64,000 nucleotides of DNA. Source: Mobula hypostoma (taxonomy: Eukaryota). The notes below the pieces were generated by a model that did no database searches, was not told where the DNA came from, and saw only the letters and a list, made by a program, of their open reading frames with translations. Below are positions 50,360-62,900 of the stretch, in pieces. The position numbers were made by a program, and so were the translations under genes. The DNA is taken from assembly GCF_963921235.1 (NCBI RefSeq), contig NC_086103.1:163060001-163124000 (forward strand). The letters run 5' to 3'. Positions within the stretch are counted from its first letter, which is position 1. Each line of letters begins with the position of its first letter.

Positions 50360-50988
50360 GGAGGGAGGAGAAGGTGGCAATGCGATGCAGCGTGTGCGGC
50401 CCTTCCGAATGATACCGTATGTGTTAACTAGGGGGCCGTGCACAATCCTGATTTGATGGAGACAGCCGTGAGAAGCATGGAGGAACACCTGGAGAAACTT
50501 CTGAAATGCCCGCTTTGCTGCCGCTGCTCCTGTGCGATCGAGAATCTCCGGAGGGGAAGGCCCCAAATCCTCGGCTTTGCCTATTGACTGTTGCTGGGGC
50601 CGGGGTCGAAGCGCTCCGTAGAGATGGTGCTCGGTGTCGGAGAGTTGGTCAGAGGCTTGGAGATTTCGGATGGGCTCAGAGTCGGACTGTGGTTGGATGC
50701 TGCATCTGCAAGTTTGCGGCGCTGGATGTTCACCGTCTGCGTGAGATGATGGGACTTCTGAGAGACTTTGAGACTTTTACTGTGCCCATGGTCTGTTCTT
50801 ATCAAATTATGGTATTGTTTTGCACTGTTGTAACTATATGTTATAATTATGTGGTTTTTGTCAGTTTTTAAGTCGATTTGTCATGTGTTTCTGTGATATT
50901 CTGGAAAAACATTGTATCATTTCTTAATGCATGCATTACTAAATGACAATAAAAGAGGACTGTGTGTCCTCATAATCTAACAATCTAA
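50360..50988 (+). repeat. Unclassified retroposon-like repeat
   Basis: CpG-rich body ending in aataaaag...taatctaacaatctaa tail; no gene-like splice structure. Confidence 0.4.
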
Positions 50989-51288
50989 ATTGTCCTTGGA
51001 ACTTCAACTCACTTTACCAGAAAACAGTTCTCTGTGACCCTAATAATGAAAAGATGCAAGAAATTAAGATGAACTCCAACCCCTATTTCAAATGAAACAA
51101 TGATATGATGACATTGTTTCATTTGTCCACTTTAAATGCAGGTTAAATGTCAGGGATATCCTCTGTGAATTTTGATCCACACATGTCTTAGCTGTGAAGG
51201 CACAAATCATGTTTAGTTAACAGTTGAATTTTCTGATAACAAGCTACATGGTCTTTGGGTGGATAAGCAACTGTTAGCCAAATGGAGT

Positions 51289-51386
51289 AACACACACAAA
51301 ATGCTGGAGGAACTCAGCAGATCAGCCACTACCTATGGAAAGGAATAAAGAGTAGACATTTTGTGCAAAGGCCCTTCATCAGGACA
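51289..51386 (-). mobile_element. ~100-bp PLE-derived hammerhead mini-element, GAAA mutated
   Basis: acacacaaaatgctggaggaactcagcag...cccttcatcaggac; imperfect flanking duplication (ccaaat). Confidence 0.7.
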
Positions 51387-52424
51387 TACCAAATTAGTCA
51401 ACTGGCTCTTGTCATCTTCAACAAAAAAATTCCATTGTATTTGAATGGCAAAAAAAGACTATTGAAGGTGATGTAATTGAAATCTACGAAGTTTCTGAAA
51501 GAGCTAACACCTGGTTAAAGATACTTGCTTTGGAAGGCTTTAACTTTATTGACCAACTTCAATGGCATGTTGGTTGATTGAGGAAGTAGATACTTGATGA
51601 CTGGTATCTACTTCCTAGCACAAAACACATTGTCCAATGGGCAGCAATAATCACTGCCCACATATATGCTTCTGAGATTTGAGCAATCTGGAACAGACCT
51701 CTCTTGGCAAAAGAAAAAATAAAATTGACATCATCTTTGCAAGATCCTCCAAGTTCACTGGAAGGACTAGCATTCTTTCCCAGGCCCACAGTTCCAGCGT
51801 TCAGGTCTCATTACACTTAGTCAATTATGTTGGTCTGGTCATGCCATTCACATGACTCCTGAAACAAACACTTTTTTTCAGACCTTTATAAGTGGGAGAT
51901 GATTCAAAGGTTCACAGCTAAAAATATTTAACACTGTTCAAAGCATCATTGGGAAAATTGCAAGATCCCTACTGACTCCTGGAAATCTCTGGTCAATGAC
52001 TTCCCACAGTGGTGCAGGAACATTCTGGGCAGTATTAAGGATCTCAAGACCACATTTGGGAGAACACAGAACCCCTGTGTGAACAGCAGAAAGAGCAGAC
52101 TTCATCACAAATTAGCCACACCCAATCCATTGTGAATGAATCTGCTATTTTCACAAGGCCTGATTAGTTACCTCAAAACCTGGAAACTGGAGTGGAAGGA
52201 AATCATCCTTGTTCCTGAGGGAGTGTTTAAGCTGAAAATACTTTGTGGAAATACCTTGTTGCCTCCACTACAATATTATATGGCAAATAAATCGGCAATA
52301 TATACAATTTTAAGGCACCCTTTATTAATTTCACTTAATTATGCAAATCACAATTACACACTTCGTCTTTTCCTTTATAGTGTGCTTTGTTTCTATCTCA
52401 GAATGGAGTTTGACCTTGATCAAA

Positions 52425-53090
52425 ATTAAACAAGCAAGTATATTTGTATAGCACTTTTCAAAAAAAGGCAATTCAAAGTGCTTTACATAGAACAAGATTT
52501 AAAAATGAAAAAAACAATTTCAAGCAATATTTAAGAGAGATAAAATCACACAAAAATAAATATGATAAATATAAGTTACAATGCAGGAGATTCTAATTAA
52601 AAGCTGAAGCGAAAAGAAGAGTTTCAAGCCTCGATTTAAAAGAGCTTGAAGATGGGATAAACTTCAGATCCTCTGGAAGGTTGTTTCAGATTATGTGGAG
52701 CATAGTAACCAAAAGCTTAGTTTAGTTTTGTTTTCACCATGTTTAGTGCTGACCCTGGGAACAGTAAGCAGACCCACCCCAGACAAGTGCGTAACGCAGC
52801 AAAAGAGCAGAGATATATTTTGGCCCTAGACCATTCAGTTCTTTATAAACCAGTAGTAATAAAAAAAAGTCAATCCTTCGATGGACAGGAAGCCAGTATA
52901 GTGATCTGAACTGTTCAACTTTCTGGGTATTAGTAAGGGCTCTAGCAGCAGTGGTCTTAATGATGTTTTACTAAGACCTGTGAAAACACCATTTCAGTAG
53001 TCAGGCCTACTAAAAATAGATGCACGGATGAGTTTTTCTAGATCTTGCTGAAACCTAAGTCCTTTAACTCTTGCTATATTTTTAAGATAG
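52425..53090 (-). mobile_element. L2-type LINE 3' fragment
   Basis: Minus-strand tail taaagcactttgaattg...gaaaagtgctatacaaat, like L2 3' ends. Confidence 0.55.
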
Positions 53091-53513
53091 GTTAAGTATA
53101 CTTGCTTTGATATTCAGTGCCAACTTCAGCCACACGAGGGCAGTCAATGAGTAAGTGTGCTCTTCATTTGTAACATCAACCTTCCAACCCACCCTCGTAG
53201 TGTGTCTGATATCATTTGTTTTCTAAAGGGTTGGCATTACAACTCCCTCTGCTAATATCAATGTAATTGGAATGACGCAGTACAGTAGAAGGTGCTTGAA
53301 AGCAACAGTAAATACCTGGAATAGAGTGACACTTCAGGGAATTGAAATGTCATCTCCTTACTGAGTCACTTTGTCACCACCTTACTGAGTCACTTTGCAA
53401 CTGCCTGGATGAAAATTTCTAAACCACAGCAATCTGTATCAGTACAAAAGCAAGAACTAAGCAACAATACCAATCAGGGTTCAAAAGGGAAAAAATAAAT
53501 TTCCAGGAGGTAT

Positions 53514-53608
53514 CACATTTAAAAATTGCTGGTGAACGCAGCAGGCCAGGGAGCATCTATAGGAAGAGATACAGTCGACGTTTCAGGCCAAGACCCTTCG
53601 TCAGGACT
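53514..53608 (-). mobile_element. 95-bp PLE-derived mini-element with intact hammerhead (53573-53608)
   Basis: TSD CAGGAGGTAT at 53504-53513 and 53609-53618; minus strand AGUC-CUGACGA-AGGGUCUUGGCCU-GAAACGUC/GACU. Confidence 0.85.
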
Positions 53609-55734
53609 CAGGAGGTATGTTACTTCTATAATGCAGCATAAAACTGGATAAATTTCCTTATAAGGCACAGCAAAAAATAGAATTTATTATTTTATATTAC
53701 TGAACAAAAGGAAAACATTGCTGATGGAGAAACACGGGTTAATTTTGAGTCTTTGGTCGGTAAAACCAAAAAAGTTTACCAGGGTCAAGTCTGCCAGCAA
53801 GTCCTTTTATAATTAGTCTGGTAATGGTGCAGTGTAAAGTAAGTGGTGTTCTGTTGAAACAAAAGGTTGAGGCGTACAATTCAAGGCCAGTCTTTTACAT
53901 TAGATTAATATAAATGTAAGTTATTAATTTAATTTAACAACTGCCGCAAGTGGGGGGAGGGGAGGGTTAATGTTTTTGTGCATGCTAGTGCACGGGAGCA
54001 GAAAGGGGGCTCGAGGATTCTGATGTTTCTGTTATTCATTCTTTGGGGGTTTTTTTGTTTTATGGATGTCTGTGAAGAGTAAGAATTTCAGCTTGTATAC
54101 TGTATACATCCTCTGATATTAAATTGAACCTTTGAACTTTTGCTTGATCCTCATATGAATATAGCATTAAATAATGGCCATTTTAATGTCCAATGCACCT
54201 TTACTATTTGTTTATATTTGTATTATTTAACATTCATCTTCATCATCATGTTCTGTGTCATATGATGTGGGTGATCATGGTCTCATGACCATGATTGTTC
54301 TTGGCAAATGTTTTCTACAAAAGTGGTTTGCTATTGCCTTTTCCTGGGCAGTGTCTTTACAAGATGGGTGACCCCAGCCATTATCAATACTCTTCAAAGA
54401 TGGTCTGTCTGGCATCAGTGGTCACATAACCAGGACTTGTGATTATGCACCAGCTGTTGACATGACTATCCACCACCTGCACCGATGGCTTCACTTGACT
54501 CTGTTTGGTGGGGGTGTGGGTGTGGGAGAGGCTAAGTAGGTGCTAAACTTTGTCCAAGGGTGACCTGCAGGCTAGCAGAGGGAAGGAGTGGCCACACCTC
54601 CTTTGGTAGAGATGCATCTCCACCCTGCCACCCTTTATTTAGCATTGCCAGAACAACTATAGATGTGAATAATTAATGAATTTGCAGCACAAATTCATCA
54701 GTATTAGTAAAAGGAAAACTGGTGGAGTATGATTCTGGAGCTTTTGTTAGGGCAGCAAAATGAATAATGGTTGATGCTGAACAATTGCCTCCAAAATGTT
54801 TATAATATTAGTAATCCTTAAGAATGGCAACAGGATTTTCTGCTTTAACAAGTATGAACAGAATGAATTGCATCACCTTTACAAGGAAAAACTAAAATAG
54901 GTGCTGCCAAACTGCACTTGAGGCTAGTTTTGCTAATTCCTTAGTTTATATTCAAATAACCAGTGCCTGAACCCACATTTGGAAGCACAAGCCACAATGA
55001 AATTACTGCAGTTACAACTAAACTGTTTTTAATATATTTCTCAATTTTAGTTATCTTAAAAGGAAAGCAGTGAAGTTCAAAGGAAACACATAAACAGGTC
55101 GCAGAATATGATAATAATCATGTTCTTTATACTTAATTTTAGTTTATGCATTGTTTTAACTTAGTTAAATGATGATAACTGAATTACACTTAGTGTATTT
55201 CTGTATGTTTTTTGGTGCTCTGTTGACCATATCTGCATGCTTTTATGCATTGAATTGTTGCCACACGATTGGCTGATTAGATATTTGTACTAACGGTGTA
55301 TAGGTGCACCCAACAGAGTGGCCACTGGGTGTATTTTACATATTTTTGTAGTTCATATTCAGATTCAGATTTGTTGATCATATGCACATCGAATTATACA
55401 GTGAAATGCGTAGTTTGCATTAACAACCAGCACATTCTGGTAGGTGCTGGGGCAGCCTGCAAGTGTCACCAACACAATGTTCCACAGAGCAACAAGAGCA
55501 TAGAAAGGAAAACAAGGCCCTTTCCCATCCCACCCACACTTTGGATTAATATTTTGTTATACTTTGGATTTCCAAAATGTAAGTTACAGAACTTGCTTGA
55601 AGAAAAGAAACAGAAGCACGCACAAGCCAATCAGCTCCATTAGTCTGCTCTACCTTTCACTAGATCCATAAAAGAACTTTTACCTTGGTATCACATTGCT
55701 TTGTTAACCCAAAAACCCTCAACTCCATGAATAC

Positions 55735-56330
55735 TTAGAATCACAATCAGAATTAGGTTTACTCTCACTGACGGAGATCATGAAGTTTGATGTTTTGTAG
55801 CAGCGGTATAGTGCAAGACAAAAAAAATTACTATAAGTTTCAAGAAAAAAAATAGTGCAAAATAGGGAAAGTGAGGTAGTGTTCATGAGTTCTTGGACTG
55901 CTCAGAAATCTGATGGCGGAGGGAAAGAAGCTGTTCCTAAAACATTGATTGTACATCTTCAGGCTCCTCCCTGATGGAAGGATGAGAAGAGGGCGGTCCG
56001 AGCCAGTGAGGTCCCTTAATGATGGATGCGGCTTTCCTGAGGCACTGCCTACTGAAGATCTCCTTGATGTTGGGCAGGCTTGTGCTCGCGATGGAACTGG
56101 CTGAGTCCGTAACCCTCTGCAGTCTCTTTCAGTCTTGTTCCTTGGAGCCTCCATACTCGGCGGTGATGCAACCACTAAGAATGCTCTGCACCGTACATCT
56201 GTAAAAATTTTCTGGAGATGTGGAAGCATACCAAATCTTCTCAAAATCCTAATGAAGTATCGCCTGTGGTGTGCCTTCTCCGTGACTGCACCAATATGTC
56301 TGGGCCCAACATGTACTCTAAAATCTATCA
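55735..56330 (-). mobile_element. Rex1/Babar LINE 3' fragment
   Basis: KAHHRRYFIRILRRFG..FRNSFFPSAIRFL; aaacctaattctgattgtgattct tail. Confidence 0.75.
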
Positions 56331-56397
56331 ATCTGTTGTGAATGCACTCGGTATCTGAGCCTCTACATTCTTGGTTAGAGAATCCCGAAGATTCACT

Positions 56398-56507
56398 GGA
56401 GACACAAGAGACTACAAATGCTGGAATCTGGAAGACCTCAATGGCTAAACAGCAGCTGTGGGAGGAAAGGAATCGTCAACATTTCAGGTTGAATCCCTGC
56501 ATCAGCA
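56398..56507 (-). mobile_element. 110-bp PLE-derived mini-element, degenerate hammerhead
   Basis: TSD CCGAAGATTCACT at 56385-56397 and 56508-56520; minus strand CUGAUGC-AGGGAUUCAACCU-GAAAUGUU. Confidence 0.7.
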
Positions 56508-56859
56508 CCGAAGATTCACTACCTTATTTCATCTCAGCTGTGAATAGTTGGCCCCCTATTGTGAGACCACAATGTCCGATACTAAATAACTCCAGCCAGG
56601 GGAAACTTCATCCCTGCATGTACCCTGCCAAACTGTTATGATCACTTTACCTGTTCTGAATTTGAGAACTTAGGCTTAATCTCATCATTAGGACAATCCC
56701 TCTCTCCTGCCTTGCAAGAATTAATCTGTCAAACCTGCACTGCATTCGTTTTGCAGATACAAACTTCATTAGGTAGGGGAGACAGGACTGTGTATAGTAT
56801 ATTCCAGTAACAGATACAAAATGCTGGAGGAACTCAGCAGGCTATGCAACATCTCTATG

Positions 56860-57050
56860 TTGTTCCTCTCCGTGCCTTGCGGTGCATCAGGTAGCAGCCT
56901 TGTTGTTTCTTGAGCATTTGTCTGTTTTACGAGGCCGAATTGCTTTTTTGACACTCAACCTAGCATGGATGGAAAGCTGCACAGCTGGATTTGAACCCAG
57001 GACCACTTGCCTCAAAGTTCCATGCAGATGCCACTATACCACCGGTTGGC
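56860..57050 (-). mobile_element. tRNA-derived SINE nested in a PLE mini-element (~56809-57100)
   Basis: A box TGGTATAGTGG and B box GGTTCAAATCC on the minus strand; ATGCAACATCT duplicated on both sides (56845, 57052). Confidence 0.75.
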
Positions 57051-57255
57051 CATGCAACATCTATGGAAGGGAGGAAACAGTTGCCGTTTTGGGCTGAAAT
57101 TCCTATAGTAGTTCCACTCACCCCTATATAATTTAAGTAAAATGATTTACTCTTGTACCCAATTCCTCTTGTAATAAACTCAAAAGCAAACATACTAATT
57201 ATTTCTATCCTCACAGATAATGCCTAATTTGTTGACTATACCATTAATTTTTTTG

Positions 57256-57355
57256 CAACACATACAAATGCTGGAGGAGCTCAGCAGATCAGGCAGCATC
57301 TATGGATAGGAATAATTAGTTGACGTTTCGGGGCGAGACCCTTCAACAGGACTGG
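57256..57355 (-). mobile_element. 100-bp PLE-derived hammerhead mini-element (core CUGUUGA)
   Basis: TSD AATTTTTTTG at 57246-57255 and 57356-57365. Confidence 0.78.
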
Positions 57356-57672
57356 AATTTTTTTGTCTAGTTTGGAGAGACTATAAACAGCTGGCACCCC
57401 AGAAGCAATCTCTGCAGAACCTCAGAAGTCACAGATTTCTGACTGAAATAAGTATGCTACAATTTTTTTTCTCTGTTTGCTAACATGTTTCTGTTTCAAT
57501 ATGCCATATGTTTATAGAAAGATAGATAGGAGAAGAAGCATGATGCAGGTTATGTTCTCCTGTATAGTGTTTGCTACATATTGTCCAAATGTCTTGCTAT
57601 AAGAAAGTTTGATTTGTACTTCCACGCAACAAAAAAGAGAAAAGTAAATGTAACATTTTACTTTATATATAT

Positions 57673-57972
57673 AGGCATCCGTTAGTCTCGTGAGACCATG
57701 GATTTCCGCCTTGGAAGGTTTCCAGGGCGCAGGCCTGGGCAAGGTTGTATGGAAGACCAGCAGTTGCCCATGCTGCAAGTCTCCCCTCTCCACGCCACCG
57801 ATGTTGTCCTAGGAAAGGGCATTAGGACCCATACAGCTTGGCACTGGTGTCGTCGCAGAGCAATGTGTGGTTAAGTGCCTTGCTCAAGGACACACACACA
57901 CACACACACACACACACTGTTCGAACTAGCAACCTTCAGATCATTAGACCGACGCCTTAACCACTTGGCCAT
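57673..57972 (-). mobile_element. SINE-like repeat containing a (CA)n microsatellite (57890-57918)
   Basis: Minus-strand tggccaagtggttaaggcg...ggttgctagttcga tRNA-like head. Confidence 0.55.
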
Positions 57973-59244
57973 GTTTTACTACTCGTTACATAATGAACAT
58001 CTTTTGAAGAGTATAGCTGGTGTAAATGCATTGAGGTTGGATGAGACTAGAACTAGAGGCCATGGGTTAAGGGTGAAAGGTGAAATGCTTAAGGGGAACA
58101 TGAGTAGTAACTTCTTCACTCAGAGGATGGTGAGTGTGGAACAAGCTGCCAGCAGAAGTGGTGGGTTCGAGTTTGATTTCAACCCAAGTGAAATTTGAAT
58201 AAGTACATGGATGTGGGAGGGGCTATCGTTACAGATCAATGGGTCTAGGCAGATTTACCAACTAGTTGGGCTGAAGGGACAGTTGTGGTGCTCCATGACT
58301 GTACTTCATCATTAATAAGGATAAAAGGTAGGCACAATTAAATAACTTTAATAATGATAATGCATGGTGATTGGTGATAGGAACAAAACGTAAGTGAGGA
58401 GGAGGTGTGAACGCAGAATTACTACACCACGATCATGGAAATTTAATTCTTTGACCAAGTTTATGCTCATCTGCCCTAATAATCTTTATCTAGTTTTGAG
58501 TCATATTTCTATTTGATAATGCAGTTATGAAGCAACTCAGAATGTCTTAAAGGAGTAATGGGGTACAGCTAGTAGAGCTTCTCCCTCATAGCACCAAATA
58601 CCTAGTTCAATCCTAACCTGGAGTAGAAGTTTATCAGGCAGTGGTCAGCACAGAACATCCTGCAGATACTGAGGGACACAGAATCTATGGATGTTGTGGG
58701 TTCGTTCCTTGAGTAAATGATTCAAATTATGCCTCATCACCAGAATTACTAATGAAGGCCAAAACCTTGCTTGGCTGGCAGTGAGAGACGCCCTCCCAAA
58801 CAGATCTCCTCCATACAGTTGAAATATCATCCCGAACATCGCTCACAAAACAGCTACGGTGGGGAGGAGACAGTCGACCACTGCTTTGCGGACTATGGAT
58901 TTGCTAAGTGGGTGTAGTTAAGGGTGCAAGTGACCTTGAGTCAGTTCATCCCAAGTAGCTGTGCTGCAGAGGATTATGGGCTGTTGCCAGGGGAACATAA
59001 TGATTTGGGCATCAAGTACTACCAGACCCTTTGGTCTGCCTGAAACTTGTTGGTCTTCCAGCACAGCAAGAGGTCTGTAAGAGATTGTTGCCAACTGGCA
59101 CGTTTCAGCATTCTGAGGGATGTACTGAAGTTGGTGCAGCTCATGCCAAGGCTCTGTGGGGAAGGACTACAGTCTAGGCTCCTTCTGCTACCGAACTTGG
59201 AGGGGCTTAGTTGGGTGGGGAAGACCCTCAAAAATGGGGTGGGC

Positions 59245-59525
59245 TGGCAAGGTTAGCACAATGCTTTACAGTACCAGCGATGCTGGTTAAATTCCCGCCA
59301 CTGCCTGTAAGGAGTTTGTACGTTCTCCTTGTGACTGCGTGGGTTTCCTCCGGATGCTCTTGTTTCTTCCCACAGTCCTACTGGCTGGTAGGTTAATTTG
59401 TCATTGTAAATTGTCCCATGATTAGGCTAGGATCAATTTGGGGGATTGCTAGGCGGTGTGGCTCGAAGGGCTAGAAGAGACTATTCCCTGCTTTAACTCA
59501 ATAAATAAGTAATAAATAAATAAAA
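59245..59525 (+). mobile_element. tRNA-type SINE
   Basis: Same family as 18860-19350; (aaat)n tail. Confidence 0.7.
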
Positions 59526-61827
59526 TGAAAGTGTGTATCACCCCATTTGGGGCAGATAAATGCGGTGGTGCCGTCATTTAAAAACAAGTTAACACTGCTG
59601 AATGTATTGACCAGATCACTCTAAGAACGTAAATTTTTTTGCTTTGTTTATTCTTGGGTCTATATATAATTATGAACTATGTTTATTTTCAAAATTTTTA
59701 AAATGCTGTCTGTGGAGTTCACCCATTCTCCCTATTACTGCATGAGCTTCCTTTGGGTGCTTTGACTATGATCAAAGTCACCGGAGAGACATTGAAGCTG
59801 GTGATATAGAAGTCTTTCTGGAGATACTCTCAGTAGAGGCTCACAAACTCAAAGGTATACTGCATTTTTATACCCAAAGGTAACAGTAGGTGATTCAATA
59901 CCATTTCAATAGTTACAATGACATTGTTTACTTCAATACTTTGGACTGACAAATGGTTCCTTTGAGATACATAGTGGAAGCACATGGTAATTGATAAGAC
60001 ACTTCTTAAGGTCCAAACGCCTTTGGGAAAAGCTCAATATCATAAATATGATGACAGAGATCCAGACACCCAAAATTAATGTTGCAGGGCTGTCTCTGAG
60101 TGCATGAATAAGGTAGGTACACAAAAATTGGTGATTACCTATACTTTTGACCATGTTTGATATGTTGATTGACAACATCTGTCTGGTCTGCCAGCTTGCA
60201 CTCAAGTCACAATGGCGCAAGTAACTGAGCCATGTCGCCTGGTTTGATACAAGCCAATTAGCACAAACCCATTGTCTTAATGTTTCACTTTTCCATATGC
60301 AATCTCTTAGTCTTTGGAGCAGCCTGTGCTTTTAACTTCAATTTACTGCTTGCAGTTTAGAAAAAGAAACCTGAAGGCTAATTGCAAGTTTGGATACGAT
60401 AGGGTCTTTTAAGAGCCTCTAAGATAGGTACATGGAGCTTAGAAAAATAGAGAGCTCTGTGCTAGGGAAATTCTAGACAGTCTCTAGAGTAGATTCCATG
60501 GTTGGCACAACATTGTGGGCCAAAGGGTCTGCAATGTGCTGTAAATTTCTAAGTTCTATGTTCTATGCTCTACGTTTCCTGAAGTTATTTACATTTACAA
60601 CGAGAACTGAAATCTGTTTCTTGTTTGAATTGAGGCTCTCTCTGGTGGTCAGGGTTGACTATGGACATTGTGTCCTAGCTGTCCACGTGATACGCAAGCC
60701 AAGGCAGCATGATATGGAGAGCAAGCCGTTCCCCTTGCAGCAGGCTCCCCCTTTCTGTGCAACTGATGAATCCAAAGGAACGACAGAAACCGATACAGTT
60801 TGGCATCAACATCATCGCAGGAGTTGCCAGTTAGCGTTGAACTCAACATAGGACTACCTTAGGGATTCCAGCTCCGGATTTTTCCTTGGGGTTTAGTCCC
60901 AAAGCCTTTTCCACAAGTGGGTATAGCTGCAAGGCAGTGGAGGTTTGAGATCAGAGTTTTCTTCCTAGATGCCAACCATGGCTGACAAACGCTATCTGCC
61001 CAAAGCAGCCAGTTTTAAGGTGTCAGTAACCCACCTTTACCCCTTCTCCTGTCATAAGCAGGGCTTAGTAGCTAAGCCACACGTGAAGGCCAGAAGTTGG
61101 ACTTGGTTGACAGAGGCTATTTGAGACGAATGACAACATGGTTTGAGTTAATATCTGCCATATTCACTTAATTCCAGAATACTCCTGAGCACTTCCCATT
61201 TCCCAAAGAAGTGCAGATTTGTGGGTTAATTGACTGCTGCAAATATAACTTAATTGAAGGTAGCTGATTGAATCTGGGAGGAGGAAAGCATGTTGGGTTT
61301 GAAAAGACTGTAGATCGATTGGGATTAATGTAGGATTAATGTAAATGGGTACTTAATGGTTGGCATAGATTAAGTGGGCCAAAAGACTTGTTTCCTACAG
61401 TATTTCTCAATGATTCTCAAGATTCTTTTGCATTAAAAACAGAGAATACTGGATATATTCAGCAGTCTGGGCAGATATATGTATGTATAGAGAGACTGAG
61501 ACATACGTTGATGGCTTTTAATCAGATCTATTTTGATTTAAGGTTATTGATTCAAAATGCTAGCTCTGTTTCTCTCTCCACAATTGCTACCCAATCTCCT
61601 TATTAGTTTCAATATTTTCTATTTTTATTTTCAGATTCCAACATAGCAGCATCTGGGTTTTGGATGAATTTCAGCAGTAGTCTAGTTAGCAAGCATTTGT
61701 TTTAAAATTGAGCTTCTTGGTTTGATTGAGAGATACCTAAAATGAGATTATAATCACCGTTATCTGCAATAATAGATTTAAAGCACAACTGAAAAACTTG
61801 GGTGTTTAGTAAATCTCAAATCTCTAT

Positions 61828-62430
61828 CCAGGTGAGGCAACACTTCACCTGCAAATCTGTTGGGGTCATCTATTGTATCTGGTGCTCCCGATATGGCCTC
61901 CTTTATATTGATGGGTAAATTGCAGGGTATCTTTTTTGAGCACCTCTGCTCCATACACCAAAAGCAGAATTTTCTGGTGTCCAACCATTTTAATTCCCAT
62001 CCCCATTCCCATTCCAGTATGTCAGTCCATGGCTTCCTCTTTAGCCAAGATGAGGGCACTCTTAGAGAGGAGTTGCAACACGTCATATTCCATCTAGCTA
62101 GCCTCCAGCCTGATGGCAAGAGCATTGATTTCTCCTTCTGCTAATTTTTTTCCTCTCTCCATTTCCTATTCTTCTATTCCCCACTCTGGCCTCTTAACTC
62201 TTCTCCTCACCTGCCTAGCACCTTCCCCTGGTTTCACTCCTTCTTCCATTTCTCCCATGGTCCACACTCTTCTCCTATCAGATTCCTTCTTCTCCAGCTC
62301 TCTGTCTTTCTCACCCACCAGGTTTCACCTGTCACCTTCTATCTAGTTCACCTATAGATGCTCCCTGACCTGCCGAGTTCCTCCGGCATTTTGCGTGTGT
62401 GTGTTGCTCTGAATTTCCAGCATCTGCAAT
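61828..62430 (+). mobile_element. Older degenerate Penelope-like element, hammerhead segment deleted
   Basis: caggtgaggcaacacttcacctg... colinear with the reverse complement of 34650-35395; EHL..NHFNSHPHSHS..LQPDG. Confidence 0.8.
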
Positions 62431-62464
62431 TTTTTTGGGTGTGTTTACTATTTTATTGATGCAA

Positions 62465-62900
62465 GTAGTGCGGAGTAACTACAACTCCCAGAACTCTCCG
62501 CGCCAATCGGGCGCAAATGCACTGGGGGCCGTTTGAGTGACGCTGCTGCAGACGAGGCGGCGAGTAAATGTTTATCCCTTGGCGGGGTTGAAGAGGTAAA
62601 GGGACAGCAGTGGGGAAAAGCGTCGCCGTTTGGTTATCGCAACGAGGAGCGGAAGAAGTAGATTCGGGTAAGGGAGCAATCCGTCAGGAACTATTGTGGT
62701 AATCTTGTGGAGGAGGGGGTTTAACAGCTGGGGACCGGGTGCCCCGTTTGATGCACCCTGTCAGCTCGGGAGGAGGGGGGCGTTGAGGCCTCCGCCGGGG
62801 CTGGGAGGAATCTTGTCTGCAACCGCAATTAAACCCAGAAATGGTGCAGTCGTTAGCTGCAGGTCGCAGGCAGCGCAGAACAGCTTTTCCTGTTGTTTAT
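62465..62900 (+). promoter_or_regulatory. CpG-island promoter and probable non-coding first exon (donor at 62667/62668) of an unidentified gene
   Basis: CpG-rich block with ACTACAACTCCCAGAA (62478-62493, ZNF143/THAP11-type), CCAAT (62503-62507), TGACG, GCGGAAG and a consensus donor CGG|gtaagg. Confidence 0.65.

Noticed and set aside
50339-50871. CpG-rich ORF cluster as a gene or CpG-island promoter
   Set aside because: Ends in a retroposon-like tail and lacks splice or promoter motifs; more likely a young repeat.
56980-57050. tRNA gene
   Set aside because: A and B boxes are present, but the sequence continues into a SINE body with a TSD and a related copy at 36055-36160; no clean cloverleaf.
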